A stretch of DNA of 64,000 bases from Trebonia sp. (lineage in GTDB: Bacteria > Actinomycetota > Actinomycetes > Streptosporangiales > Streptosporangiaceae). The stretch lies in NCBI GenBank assembly GCA_035294225.1, contig DATGLH010000165.1:2831-66830 (forward strand), given 5' to 3'. Every line of letters begins with the position of its first letter. Position 1 is the first letter of the stretch. This document shows, piece after piece, positions 19,301 to 26,972 of the stretch. The notes beneath the pieces were generated by a model. It was not told the origin of the DNA. It saw only the letters and a program-made list of their open reading frames with translations, and made no database searches. Both the position numbers and the translations under genes were made by a program.

Positions 19301-20419
19301 GCCGATCCGCGTGTCACGCGAGTCGGCCGCTGGCTGCGGGCCACCAAGCTCGACGAGCTTCCGCAGCTCATCAACGTCCTGCGCGGGGACATGACGCTTA
19401 TCGGCCCGCGGCCGGAGGTGCCCCGGTTCATCCGGTGGTACAGCGCCGAAGAGCTTCAGATCCTGCAGGTCCGGCCCGGCCTCACCGGGCCAGGGCAGAT
19501 CTTCTACACGCGGGTGCAGGAGTCCGCCGATGTGGTCGTCGGCGACCCGGAGCTGCACTACGCCATCCGCGAGCTGCACCCGAAGCTGGCCATCGACCTC
19601 GCCTATCTGCGGCACCGCAGCGTCCGGTCCGATCTGGCGATCGTCTTCCGCACCGCGTGGCTGCTGACCAGGCGCGGCAAGCGGCTTCCCTTACCGGGGG
19701 CCCCCTTGGGGGCGCAGTCCCGCACGCAGGCCTACGGCCACCACCTCGATGGCGCTGTGGCAGCCAAGCTTCGCCGTCATATTGCGGATATACGTGCGGA
19801 CCGTGTTCGGCGACTGGTGCAACTGCGACGCGATCCGGTTCCGGTCCATCCCGCTGACCATCAGGCCCAGGACCTGCCGCTCGCGCGCGGTGAGCCGCTC
19901 GATGAGCTGCTGGCCCTCATCCGCGGGAGCCCGGAAGTCGGCCACCAGCTTGCCGAGCAGTCCGGCGGGCAGCCAGGTGCCGCCGAGCGCCGCGGCCCGC
20001 ACCGCGCTCATGACCTGCTCGACCGACGCGCTCTTGGCGACGAAACCGACCGCGCCGGCCCGGACAGCCTCGACGGCTGTGGCGATGTCCGCGTAGGCGG
20101 TCAGCACGACGACCGCAGGCGGAGACGGCAGCAGGGTCAGCCGCCTGGTGAGCTCGATGCCGCTTACGCTCCCCAGGCGGACATCCATCAGCACCGCGTC
20201 CGGCTTGCGCGCCGCCACGACGGCGGGGGCCTGCTCCGGGTCGGCCACGACCATCGGGGCGAAGTCCGGCTCACCAGCGAAAAGCGCCTCCAGGCCCTGG
20301 GCGAGAACCCGATGGTCATCGACGATGAGCAGCTTCGTCCGCATTGCCCGTCACAGGCCTTCCGCTGGCCCGGTTCCATCCGGAACCGTTGTCCGTCACA
20401 TCGACGATCCCCTCCCTGA
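16325..20419 (+). CDS. Fusion of O-antigen ligase/Wzy-like, Wzx flippase and priming sugar-phosphate transferase domains, with a C-terminal read-through tail
   Basis: FGDPNY, TESNGG, AHDDYL..LSERG (ligase/polymerase, ~16325-17640); MOP flippase with RFD, LGIYAVA (~17790-18990); FTMLKFRSM, DPRVTRVG, LDELPQLINVLRGDMTLIGPRPE, RPGLTG (~19075-19680). Confidence 0.85.
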   Translation: MTMVIARSPRPDPVTPRSPAGADGTARAAAPPRGSAERAAVLTLVAAIAFQPILHPTGPGNSSPVDVLTVASIVTALVWMAGTHRKLRAPYFFPVTLYVAAGAASGLVSSLPNTALLTLAIDALLFTWCLAVVNVLSAPRAMRYAVATWSWSGIAWAAVAIIAWAGHITFLEGVTAAEGNRVMFTFGDPNYASWYWGSTILVVFAARTPAKRWIRVTGYLMLLWALILTESNGGMLALCAGVAFLLLVRGHRRHGWAGVVAAGLSVGLAVSAFFTVLPLNELRQWAANSNQPLLVNSIGRSAQSTSERSLLIRESIQLYERSDGIFGVGPASTKPLTAALLYPYANEAHDDYLAALSERGALGLFAFLLLAASAAARAAPMIRRPLPAPFAAAVPRPAGIVAALITVSLNSFYEEVQHFRPLWLLLAIVAVLGRAAVRTRSPARGPRRPAAPRPGGGQLAAAPGAAPGAALIPGTVGRVRRQAGSRLLSRNAMTNLGAQAGALAAVSLASLLVARTGGPTVVGEYTLIRVLPWLFGVIFSGGLPTASAFFLAGERGEDPRARPTVTLIAAAGAGLGSLVWLACAVPFRHEFFRQMPAALVLVMAALVVTQLWTVTAKACCQGSGDIAGANLVIVAEELWFVFVYPLVLLTVGYKGATSVLIASITSGMLATATGLLRLLRRGYFTGWGRPSPALAKKILAFGGRGQLGNMLWLMNLRFDFVLLGALAGPTVLGIYAVASKVAELMRLAPTAINYVLYSRFARLPAGRATAEARHLLPRALALTLALTPLVAAAAYIGLPIVYGDAFRAAIAPAEIIIIGLSVEGAAAVSSAFLVGRGRPGVNSIGMGVGAAITVTMDAILIPRYGAFGGAVTSAVTYLTTTMVLVLLTRRMLSGRPPAAVPLRHLARARAAGPWPRGDSAARRAVDVVVAGTILALISPLLLVIAAGVRLTSRGPALYQQARAGRQGRPFTMLKFRSMVPGADQAGPLVTARADPRVTRVGRWLRATKLDELPQLINVLRGDMTLIGPRPEVPRFIRWYSAEELQILQVRPGLTGPGQIFYTRVQESADVVVGDPELHYAIRELHPKLAIDLAYLRHRSVRSDLAIVFRTAWLLTRRGKRLPLPGAPLGAQSRTQAYGHHLDGAVAAKLRRHIADIRADRVRRLVQLRRDPVPVHPADHQAQDLPLARGEPLDELLALIRGSPEVGHQLAEQSGGQPGAAERRGPHRAHDLLDRRALGDETDRAGPDSLDGCGDVRVGGQHDDRRRRRQQGQPPGELDAAYAPQADIHQHRVRLARRHDGGGLLRVGHDHRGEVRLTSEKRLQALGENPMVIDDEQLRPHCPSQAFRWPGSIRNRCPSHRRSPP
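19691..20344 (-). CDS. NarL/LuxR family response regulator
   Basis: IVDDH, LMD, VLT, GFVAK receiver residues; LTARERQVL HTH. Confidence 0.9.
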   Translation of the reverse strand: MRTKLLIVDDHRVLAQGLEALFAGEPDFAPMVVADPEQAPAVVAARKPDAVLMDVRLGSVSGIELTRRLTLLPSPPAVVVLTAYADIATAVEAVRAGAVGFVAKSASVEQVMSAVRAAALGGTWLPAGLLGKLVADFRAPADEGQQLIERLTARERQVLGLMVSGMDRNRIASQLHQSPNTVRTYIRNMTAKLGCHSAIEVVAVGLRAGLRPQGGPR

Positions 20420-21038
20420 CCGCAAGGGCGACGGCCTCAAGGCGGGAATGCACGCCGAACTTGACAAGCACCGAGTCGACATGCGTGCGCGTCGTGGACA
20501 GCCGGACTCCCATGGACCTGGCTATGGCGCTGGTGGACTCGCCCCGCGCCAGCCGGGCGAGTACCTCGCGTTCGCGCGGGGTCAGCAAGCGGGCCATCTC
20601 CGGGTGGCCCAGCCTGGGTCGGATCGTCCGGCGCGCCGCCCGGACCGACTGTGACAGCACGGCCCCGGCGCCCTGGCGCGCTGCCGCCCGGGCGCAGGCG
20701 CCGGTGAGCACTCTCAGGAATTCGGTGAAGTCGTCAGACTTCAGCACCGCGCCGTGCACCCCGGCCGAGAGCGCACGGCTGAGCCCTTCCGACCCCACGG
20801 CATCGGCGAGCACGACGAAGGCCGTGCCCGGGGACACCGCCTTCGCCGTGCCGATGGCCCCGGGTTCCCAGGGCATGTCCGCGTCGACCACGCAGGCGGC
20901 GGCCTGGGCGCCCGCGAGGATGTCAGCCACGGCGCCAAGAGCGGTCGCGTAGCCGACGATATCGTGGCCCGAACGGCGCAACAATGCCCCCACCGCACTG
21001 CCGAACACGCGATGCGCGGCCGCGATCACGATCCTCAA
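20316..21038 (-). CDS. LuxR family regulator with a degenerate receiver domain
   Basis: TTG start overlapping the upstream TGA; IAAAH replaces the acidic DD pocket; LTPREREVL...KFGVHSRLEAV HTH. Confidence 0.8.
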   Translation of the reverse strand: MRIVIAAAHRVFGSAVGALLRRSGHDIVGYATALGAVADILAGAQAAACVVDADMPWEPGAIGTAKAVSPGTAFVVLADAVGSEGLSRALSAGVHGAVLKSDDFTEFLRVLTGACARAAARQGAGAVLSQSVRAARRTIRPRLGHPEMARLLTPREREVLARLARGESTSAIARSMGVRLSTTRTHVDSVLVKFGVHSRLEAVALAVREGIVDVTDNGSGWNRASGRPVTGNADEAAHRR

Positions 21039-21286
21039 CGCGGCTCTCCCCCCTGCTCCAGCACCCTCTGGCAGATCTCCACGATCTGCCCGGCGGCCGC
21101 GGCGATCCCCTCCAGCCGGCTGCGCAGCTGGCATCCGGCGGCGAGGCCCGCCCCGGTCGCCTCCGTGTCCGCTAGCCGCACGAATATCCCGATCGCCGCC
21201 GCCGACTCGATGAGGTCATGACACAGTTCCCGGACCAGCATGTCCGGCGACCTGTCAGCGGGCATGCCGAACTGCCCCCCTGTCAT
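21035..21286 (-). CDS. Small stand-alone HisKA-like helical protein
   Basis: RELCHDL resembles an H-box; two-helix length; coupled to the regulator by a TTGA overlap. Confidence 0.5.
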   Translation of the reverse strand: MTGGQFGMPADRSPDMLVRELCHDLIESAAAIGIFVRLADTEATGAGLAAGCQLRSRLEGIAAAAGQIVEICQRVLEQGGEPR

Positions 21287-21330
21287 CCCGCCCTAGCCCC
21301 CTTCGCCTAGCTCATGGCAGCGTGCCTAGC

Positions 21331-22008
21331 TCATGGCAGCCACAGGCTGACGCATGCCCCGCCGCCCATGTCACTCCCGAGCTCGATCCTTCCGTCGTAT
21401 CTGGCGATGATCCCGGCAGCCGCGGCCAGGCCGATGCCGGAACCCGTGGGTATCTTGCCGAAACCCGGCCCGCTGTCCGACACCGAAACCATCGTCGCGT
21501 CCTCCTCGCGCCGGATCCGGATGGTCACGGTCCCCGACGGCCCCGCCGCCCGCGTCGCGTTGCTCAGCACGTTGAAAATCACCCTGCGCAAGAGGATCGG
21601 GTGCAGCCGGCACCGGGCCGGCGCCGGCGGCGACTCCACGGTGGCCCGGCCTGGCCACGTCAGGGCGGCAAGCGCGACCGCCTCATTCACGACCTCCATG
21701 ACATCCGTGCCGCCGATGGCCGCATGCACCGTCTCCCCCCGCGCCGTGCCCGATTGCCTGGCGTCCTGATGCATCCCGCCGGGCTGCACTTGCCGCAGGA
21801 AGTCCTGGATCATGTCCGCCATCCAGTTTCCCTGCCAGACAATCCGCTCAAGGTAGCGCCGCACGGCCGGGGAAAGCCCCGGCTCTTCCAGCGCGGCCGC
21901 CGCGGGGAAGAGCACGGCGGCTATCAACTGCTTCAACTCATGAGATGTCCGGTGCAGGCGGTGCTGCCCAGGTGCGGCTTCACATGGGTCAGCGGACACC
22001 TCGCTCAC
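21331..22008 (-). CDS. Cytoplasmic histidine kinase (HisKA + HATPase_c) with no sensor domain
   Basis: SHELKQ H-box, NVLSNA N-box, DSGPG G1, GSGIGL G2. Confidence 0.82.
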   Translation of the reverse strand: MSEVSADPCEAAPGQHRLHRTSHELKQLIAAVLFPAAAALEEPGLSPAVRRYLERIVWQGNWMADMIQDFLRQVQPGGMHQDARQSGTARGETVHAAIGGTDVMEVVNEAVALAALTWPGRATVESPPAPARCRLHPILLRRVIFNVLSNATRAAGPSGTVTIRIRREEDATMVSVSDSGPGFGKIPTGSGIGLAAAAGIIARYDGRIELGSDMGGGACVSLWLP

Positions 22009-22289
22009 CTTCCTCCCCGCCGGTCCGTTGTCAGGAAGTGGCTGGTTGCCCCTTGCCCGCCAGGGCCGGGGATGAGATGATCGCGCGCGCTCTCCGGCGG
22101 GCCATGCTCAGGCAGGGCCGCTTCCGCGAGAGCAGGTACTGGCGCCGTCGGATGCCGGATGCCACGGCGCTCCTGCCTTATCCTCTGTACGCAGCCGTGC
22201 GCAGGACTCATTCCCGCTCCCCCACCATGCGCTCCCCGCGGGATGTGAACGCGGAGCCGGTCTCCGCAAGGCAATCCCCACTGCCGATG

Positions 22290-22465
22290 GCAAGCGTAAA
22301 TATTTTCCAAGATCAACACAACTATCGTTTAGCAAAAAGTCTCCTGCGTGTTCCCGCGATTTTCTTGTCCGTACACAGGCCGTTTGCCATCATTCGAGAT
22401 TAACCGCCCTAAATCACCCTCAGGTTCAGTGGAAAATTCTTTATTCGGAAGAATTCCTTCCTTTG
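22290..22465. promoter_or_regulatory. AT-rich upstream region of the kinase/regulator operon
   Basis: Sharp GC drop (taaatattttcc, aaaattctttattcggaagaattcc) in a very GC-rich background. Confidence 0.35.
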
Positions 22466-22753
22466 CTGACGCGGTGCCGCACCCCGCTGCCGGGAAACCC
22501 GGACCGCACACCGCGGCCAGGTGCGCCGGGCACGCGGACCTGCCCCGCGAGCCGGCCGGCATCCGCGGCGGGCGGACAGCGGCGCACCCGCCTGACGTGC
22601 CGGCAATCCCGCCGGGGGATGCCGTGCCAGGCGGGGGCGTACCCGGACCGGCGCGGGCACGTCATCGTCTGCGGCCTGCCTGGCCGGCCCCTACGGCGAG
22701 CTGCTCACGGTCCGCGGCCGGCCGTCACCGCAGGCACCCGCTCTCCGCCGGAC

Positions 22754-23566
22754 TCACCCCGCCCGGAACAGGCTGAGCGCCAGTCCTCGGCGGCCGAACA
22801 CGGGGTCGGCGAGCGGCAGCAGGCATCTGTACCCGGCGGGAAGCCGAGCGCGCAGCCCGGCCGGCGGCCGGGTGACCGCGGCGGACTCCACCAGCGTCAG
22901 CCCCAGCCGCTCGAGCGAGCGCGGGTCATCGCACGCCCACTGCCAGAGCGCGACGTTCCGCTTCGCGGCCATGCGGTGCTCCTGGGCGAACGTCACCCGG
23001 GTATACGTGTCGAAGGCGAGCATGGCGCCGGGGAACCGCCCGGCGATCCGCGCCAGCGCGCCCGTGGCCTGCTCCTCCGTCAGGTAGACGAGGACCCCGT
23101 CGCAGACGAAGAAATACGGTTCCGGGCACTGCCCGACGGCTGTCATCCAGTCCTCGTCGAGCAGCGACGCGGCGACCATCTGCCGCCGGTCAGTGTCGGC
23201 GAAGAACCGCCGCCGCAGGCCGATCGTGTCCGGCAGATCGAGGTCGATCCAGTGCGCCGTCCCGTTATCGGTCCGCTCGAAGCGGGTGTTCAGGCCGGTG
23301 CCCAGCTCGATGACCGTGCCGGACGGGTGCCGTGCCAGGAACTCGCGAACCCACCAGTCGAAGACCATCGTGCGGACCGTCACGACGAACGAGGCCCAGC
23401 CCTGCGCGAAGGGGGCCATGTCCAGGCCGACAGACTCCATCACCTCGACGGCCTTCGGATCGCGCAGCAGCGGCCGTTTCTTGCGCGTCTCTCGCGCCCG
23501 CGCCGCTAGCGGGAAGAACAGCGTCCGCTGAACGTCCCCGAGATCCACCCGCACCCTGTCCGCCAT
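22754..23566 (-). CDS. Class I SAM-dependent methyltransferase (LCM/TcmP-like)
   Basis: VQRTLFFPL, ELGTGLNTRFER, DLDLPD, DGVLVYL. Confidence 0.85.
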   Translation of the reverse strand: MADRVRVDLGDVQRTLFFPLAARARETRKKRPLLRDPKAVEVMESVGLDMAPFAQGWASFVVTVRTMVFDWWVREFLARHPSGTVIELGTGLNTRFERTDNGTAHWIDLDLPDTIGLRRRFFADTDRRQMVAASLLDEDWMTAVGQCPEPYFFVCDGVLVYLTEEQATGALARIAGRFPGAMLAFDTYTRVTFAQEHRMAAKRNVALWQWACDDPRSLERLGLTLVESAAVTRPPAGLRARLPAGYRCLLPLADPVFGRRGLALSLFRAG

Positions 23567-23758
23567 GCCTCCCATTACACACCGGCCCGGCGGCGCTCCG
23601 GCCTGATTGAGGCCAGTGGCGGCCCGGCGGCGCTCCGGCCGTGATTGAGGCCAGTGGCCCGCGGACCCCACCCGCAGTGCCCTCGGTTGAGGCGCTCTCG
23701 TTTGCGGCCGGCGGGACGCATACCTCATCCGGCTCATCCGGCCCGGAGGACGGGGATG

Positions 23759-24568
23759 TCAGTCGGGGCTGAGGTAGCGGGTGAAGCCGGTGGTGCGCCA
23801 GGTTTCGCCGCTGGAGGTGATCGCGAACGCCTCGTAGTCCTCCAGCGACTCCGTCCAGTCGCGGGCGAGGTCGGGGCCCATGGCGAACGCCGCCGTCGCG
23901 TAGGCGTCGGCGAGGGCCAGGCTGGGGCCGGCCACCGTCACGCTCGCCAGGCCGGCGGCCGGGCGCCCGGTGTGCGGGTTGATGATGTGAGCGCCGCGTT
24001 CGGCGGTGCCGGAGGTGGCGACGGCGCAGTCCCGGGCCGCGACGACCAAGGCGAGCGCGCCGGGGCGGAAGGGGTCGGCGACCCCCACCCGCCACGGCTC
24101 GATAGCATACTCAGTATCATACCCGCCGGAAATGCGGCGGCCGCCGACGCACTGCACGTCTCCCCCGCCGTTGACCAGGTGGCGGTCCGATCCCGCCCGG
24201 GTCAGCAAGGACGCGGCGCGCTCGACGGCCCACCCCTTCACGTACCCGCACGGGTCGAACTGGCCGCCGGGCGACGAGGTGAAGTACCCGCCGGACAGGT
24301 CACGGACGAACGCGCAGGCCGCGAGGACTTCGGCGACCTCGGGAGCGCAGGCGTCGACCGTGACCTCGGCGCGGGCGAGCAGGGACACGTCGCTGTCCGG
24401 CCGGTACGGGGAGAACACCCGGTCCACCCAGTGCAGCCAGGCGACCGCGGAGGCGAGCGACCCGTCCTCTCGCGCGGCGGCCGGCACGTCGAACGACACC
24501 ACGGTCCCCATGACGTGCTCGGCGTGCCGGGCACGCGCCTCGAAGGCGGGGAAAGACAGCACGCTCAT
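23759..24568 (-). CDS. apbE: FAD:protein FMN transferase
   Basis: MGT, FSPYRPDS, DPCGYVKGWA, NGGGD, VATSG, HIINP, ADAYATA. Confidence 0.88.
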   Translation of the reverse strand: MSVLSFPAFEARARHAEHVMGTVVSFDVPAAAREDGSLASAVAWLHWVDRVFSPYRPDSDVSLLARAEVTVDACAPEVAEVLAACAFVRDLSGGYFTSSPGGQFDPCGYVKGWAVERAASLLTRAGSDRHLVNGGGDVQCVGGRRISGGYDTEYAIEPWRVGVADPFRPGALALVVAARDCAVATSGTAERGAHIINPHTGRPAAGLASVTVAGPSLALADAYATAAFAMGPDLARDWTESLEDYEAFAITSSGETWRTTGFTRYLSPD

Positions 24569-24659
24569 CTGCTGTACCCTCGTCCTCGCATATGTCCTCC
24601 TCGCACTCCAAAGGCTCGCAATGGGCGCGCAGCGCGGCCGGGAACGGCGGCAGCCCTGG

Positions 24660-25151
24660 TCACCCGAGGATGATGCTGTTCCCGCTGACCTTGACGGACT
24701 CGGCGGGCAGCGGGCTGGGCGCGGGGCCGCTGACCACAGAACCGTCCTTGATGCTGTACTGGCTGCCGTGGCACGGGCAGTCGATGGTGCCATTGCTGAT
24801 CTGGTTGACAATGCACCCCATGTGCGTGCAGACGGCGCTGAAGGCCTTGAAGTCGCCGGGACTCGGCTGGGTGACGACGACCTTCTCCGCGGTGAAGATC
24901 TTGCCGCCGCCGACCGGGATCTCGCTCGTGGTGGCCAGCACGCCGGCCGGGCTCCCCGTGCTCCCGGCGCCGGCCGCCGGAGCGGCGGCCGTCGTGGCGG
25001 GCGCCGCGGCTGAGCCAGCGGATGAACTGCCCGAGCCGCAGGCGCTGACCGCCCCCGCCAGGCCCGCCAGGCCGACGCCGGCCAGCACGCCTCGCCGGGT
25101 GGCCCGCGTGTCCCGCTGTGGTTCCTGTGTCACCAGCGGTTCCTGTGTCAC
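24660..25151 (-). CDS. Tat-exported Rieske [2Fe-2S] lipoprotein
   Basis: TRRGVL twin-arginine signal, lipobox VSAC, CTHMGC and CPCHGS; RBS TAGGAG before GTG 25151. Confidence 0.9.
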   Translation of the reverse strand: MTQEPLVTQEPQRDTRATRRGVLAGVGLAGLAGAVSACGSGSSSAGSAAAPATTAAAPAAGAGSTGSPAGVLATTSEIPVGGGKIFTAEKVVVTQPSPGDFKAFSAVCTHMGCIVNQISNGTIDCPCHGSQYSIKDGSVVSGPAPSPLPAESVKVSGNSIILG

Positions 25152-25155
25152 CAGC
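25120..25155 (+). repeat. 18-nt tandem duplication at the Rieske gene start
   Basis: GGTTCCTGTGTCACCAGC x2 (encodes VTQEP twice). Confidence 0.85.
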
Positions 25156-25483
25156 ACTCCTAGTCCCGTGATCGTGGTCATGTGGACGTGGCCGCTCCCC
25201 GCGGCCCCTTCTCTGGATACGAGAACGGAGCCGGGCGCGGCCGGGTTCACGCGCTTTCGTAAGCCGGCCGTAAACAGCGCCAGGACGCGGCGGCCGGCCG
25301 CCGCGCCGGAGGTCCCCGGACGGCAGGGGCGAACGCCGCGGACGGCAGGGACAAAGGCCGCGGACGGCAGGGACGAAGGCCGCTGCATAACGGCGCTGGC
25401 CGCTGCATAGCGTGAAATCGCAGGACACCGGGGTATCGCGGACGCGCGGCCGGCATGAGGACAAGCGTGAGGAGATGCGGGCA

Positions 25484-25939
25484 ATGACAGGAATCATCGT
25501 CGGAATCGACGGGTCGCACCATTCGCTGCGTGCTCTTGACTGGGCGGTGCGCGAGGCCGCAGTACGCCAGGCACCGCTTACCGTGATCGCCGTCTACCGG
25601 ACCACCGTCGGTTTCTGGGGCGGCCCGGTCACTTACCCGGAGGACCTCGAGCCCAGCGCGCAGGTCCGCAAGGAGGCGGAGGACGCGGCCGCCAAGGCGC
25701 TGGCGAACGCCGGCGATGCCCGGCCCGCGGCCGTCACGGTCCGCGCGGTCTGCGGCATCCCGGCCGAGGAACTGGTCGAGGCGAGCAAGGGCGCCGACAT
25801 GGTCGTGGTGGGCTCGCGCGGCAACGGCGGTTTCGCCCGCCTGCTGCTCGGCTCGGTCAGCAGCCAGGTCGTCCACCACGCGCACTGCCCCGTCGTGGTC
25901 ATCCCGGGGGAAGACCGCACCGAGCGCTCATCGCACTGA
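25484..25939 (+). CDS. Universal stress protein (UspA family)
   Basis: IIVGIDGS, VVGSRGNGG, LLGSVS, HAHCPVVVI. Confidence 0.92.
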   Translation: MTGIIVGIDGSHHSLRALDWAVREAAVRQAPLTVIAVYRTTVGFWGGPVTYPEDLEPSAQVRKEAEDAAAKALANAGDARPAAVTVRAVCGIPAEELVEASKGADMVVVGSRGNGGFARLLLGSVSSQVVHHAHCPVVVIPGEDRTERSSH

Positions 25940-26295
25940 GCCCGCCCTGGCCGGCGGCCGCCCGCCCGCGGGGCCGCCCGCCCGCGGGGCCGCGCGCCTG
26001 GCCGCCGCGCCCCTGGCCGCCGCCGTGCCCGCAGGCTGCCCGGCCCGGCTCGCTGGTTGCGGAGAGTAATCAGCAGACAGGCCATCTCCGGCCCGCGAGA
26101 AGCAAAATCGTCCCGGCACCCGCCGTCGGCATCGCATACCGCGCTGTTGACGTGCTGAAACATCCGGTATGTATCTATTTCGGCATGAGATGCTTACTGG
26201 CAGGTAAAGCCGCTATGCCCTTACGGAGAGTATTCACAATCGGACGTAGCGCCATAATCTTGGCAGAGAAGGCATCACGGATGGGACACGGACAA

Positions 26296-26787
26296 ATGCT
26301 GAGAGTTAGCAAGGTCGAAGAATGGCTGCACCGCGCGCCAGCCCGCCCCAGCCTCGCCGCGCACGGTGACTGCGTGGTCATCCGCCCGGCCCGGCACTAC
26401 GACGGCAGGCAGGGCGCCGGCCCCGTGTCCGGAGTCAGCAGCGCGACCGCGGGCGCCAGCGGCCTGCGCCTGCACGTCGTCATGATCCCGCCCGGCACGC
26501 GCGGCACGCCCCACATGCACGAGGGGCACGAGGCGGCGGTCTACGCCGTGAGCGGCGAGACCGAGGTCTGGCACGGCGCGGGGCTCGTCAAGCGCACCGT
26601 CGTCCGCGCCGGGGACTTCATGTACATCCCGCCGGGCGTCCCGCACCTGCCGGTGAACCGGGGTGACGTGATGTCCATCGCGGTCGTCGCCCGCACCGAT
26701 CCCGCGGAACAGGGCAGCGCCGTGGCGGTGGAACTCCCGCGGCACCTCGCCGACCTGCTCAGCCTCCCCGTCGCCACCCAGGGATAA
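26296..26787 (+). CDS. Cupin domain protein (start uncertain)
   Basis: PHMHEGHE and GDFMYIPPGVPH cupin motifs. Confidence 0.8.
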   Translation: MLRVSKVEEWLHRAPARPSLAAHGDCVVIRPARHYDGRQGAGPVSGVSSATAGASGLRLHVVMIPPGTRGTPHMHEGHEAAVYAVSGETEVWHGAGLVKRTVVRAGDFMYIPPGVPHLPVNRGDVMSIAVVARTDPAEQGSAVAVELPRHLADLLSLPVATQG

Positions 26788-26972
26788 CAAGATCCCCGCG
26801 CCCGTCTCCCGCGGGGACGCGGCGAACCGGCACGGCGGCGGTCCCTCCTCCGCCGCCGTCATCCCCAGGGGCTTCTCTCCCCCCGCCGCCGGTCCCGCCG
26901 CGGCCTGGCCGCGGTTCCCCATGGTGTAGCAGCGGGAACCGCGGCCAGCTTCCCGGGCGCCCCTGAGCCGGG

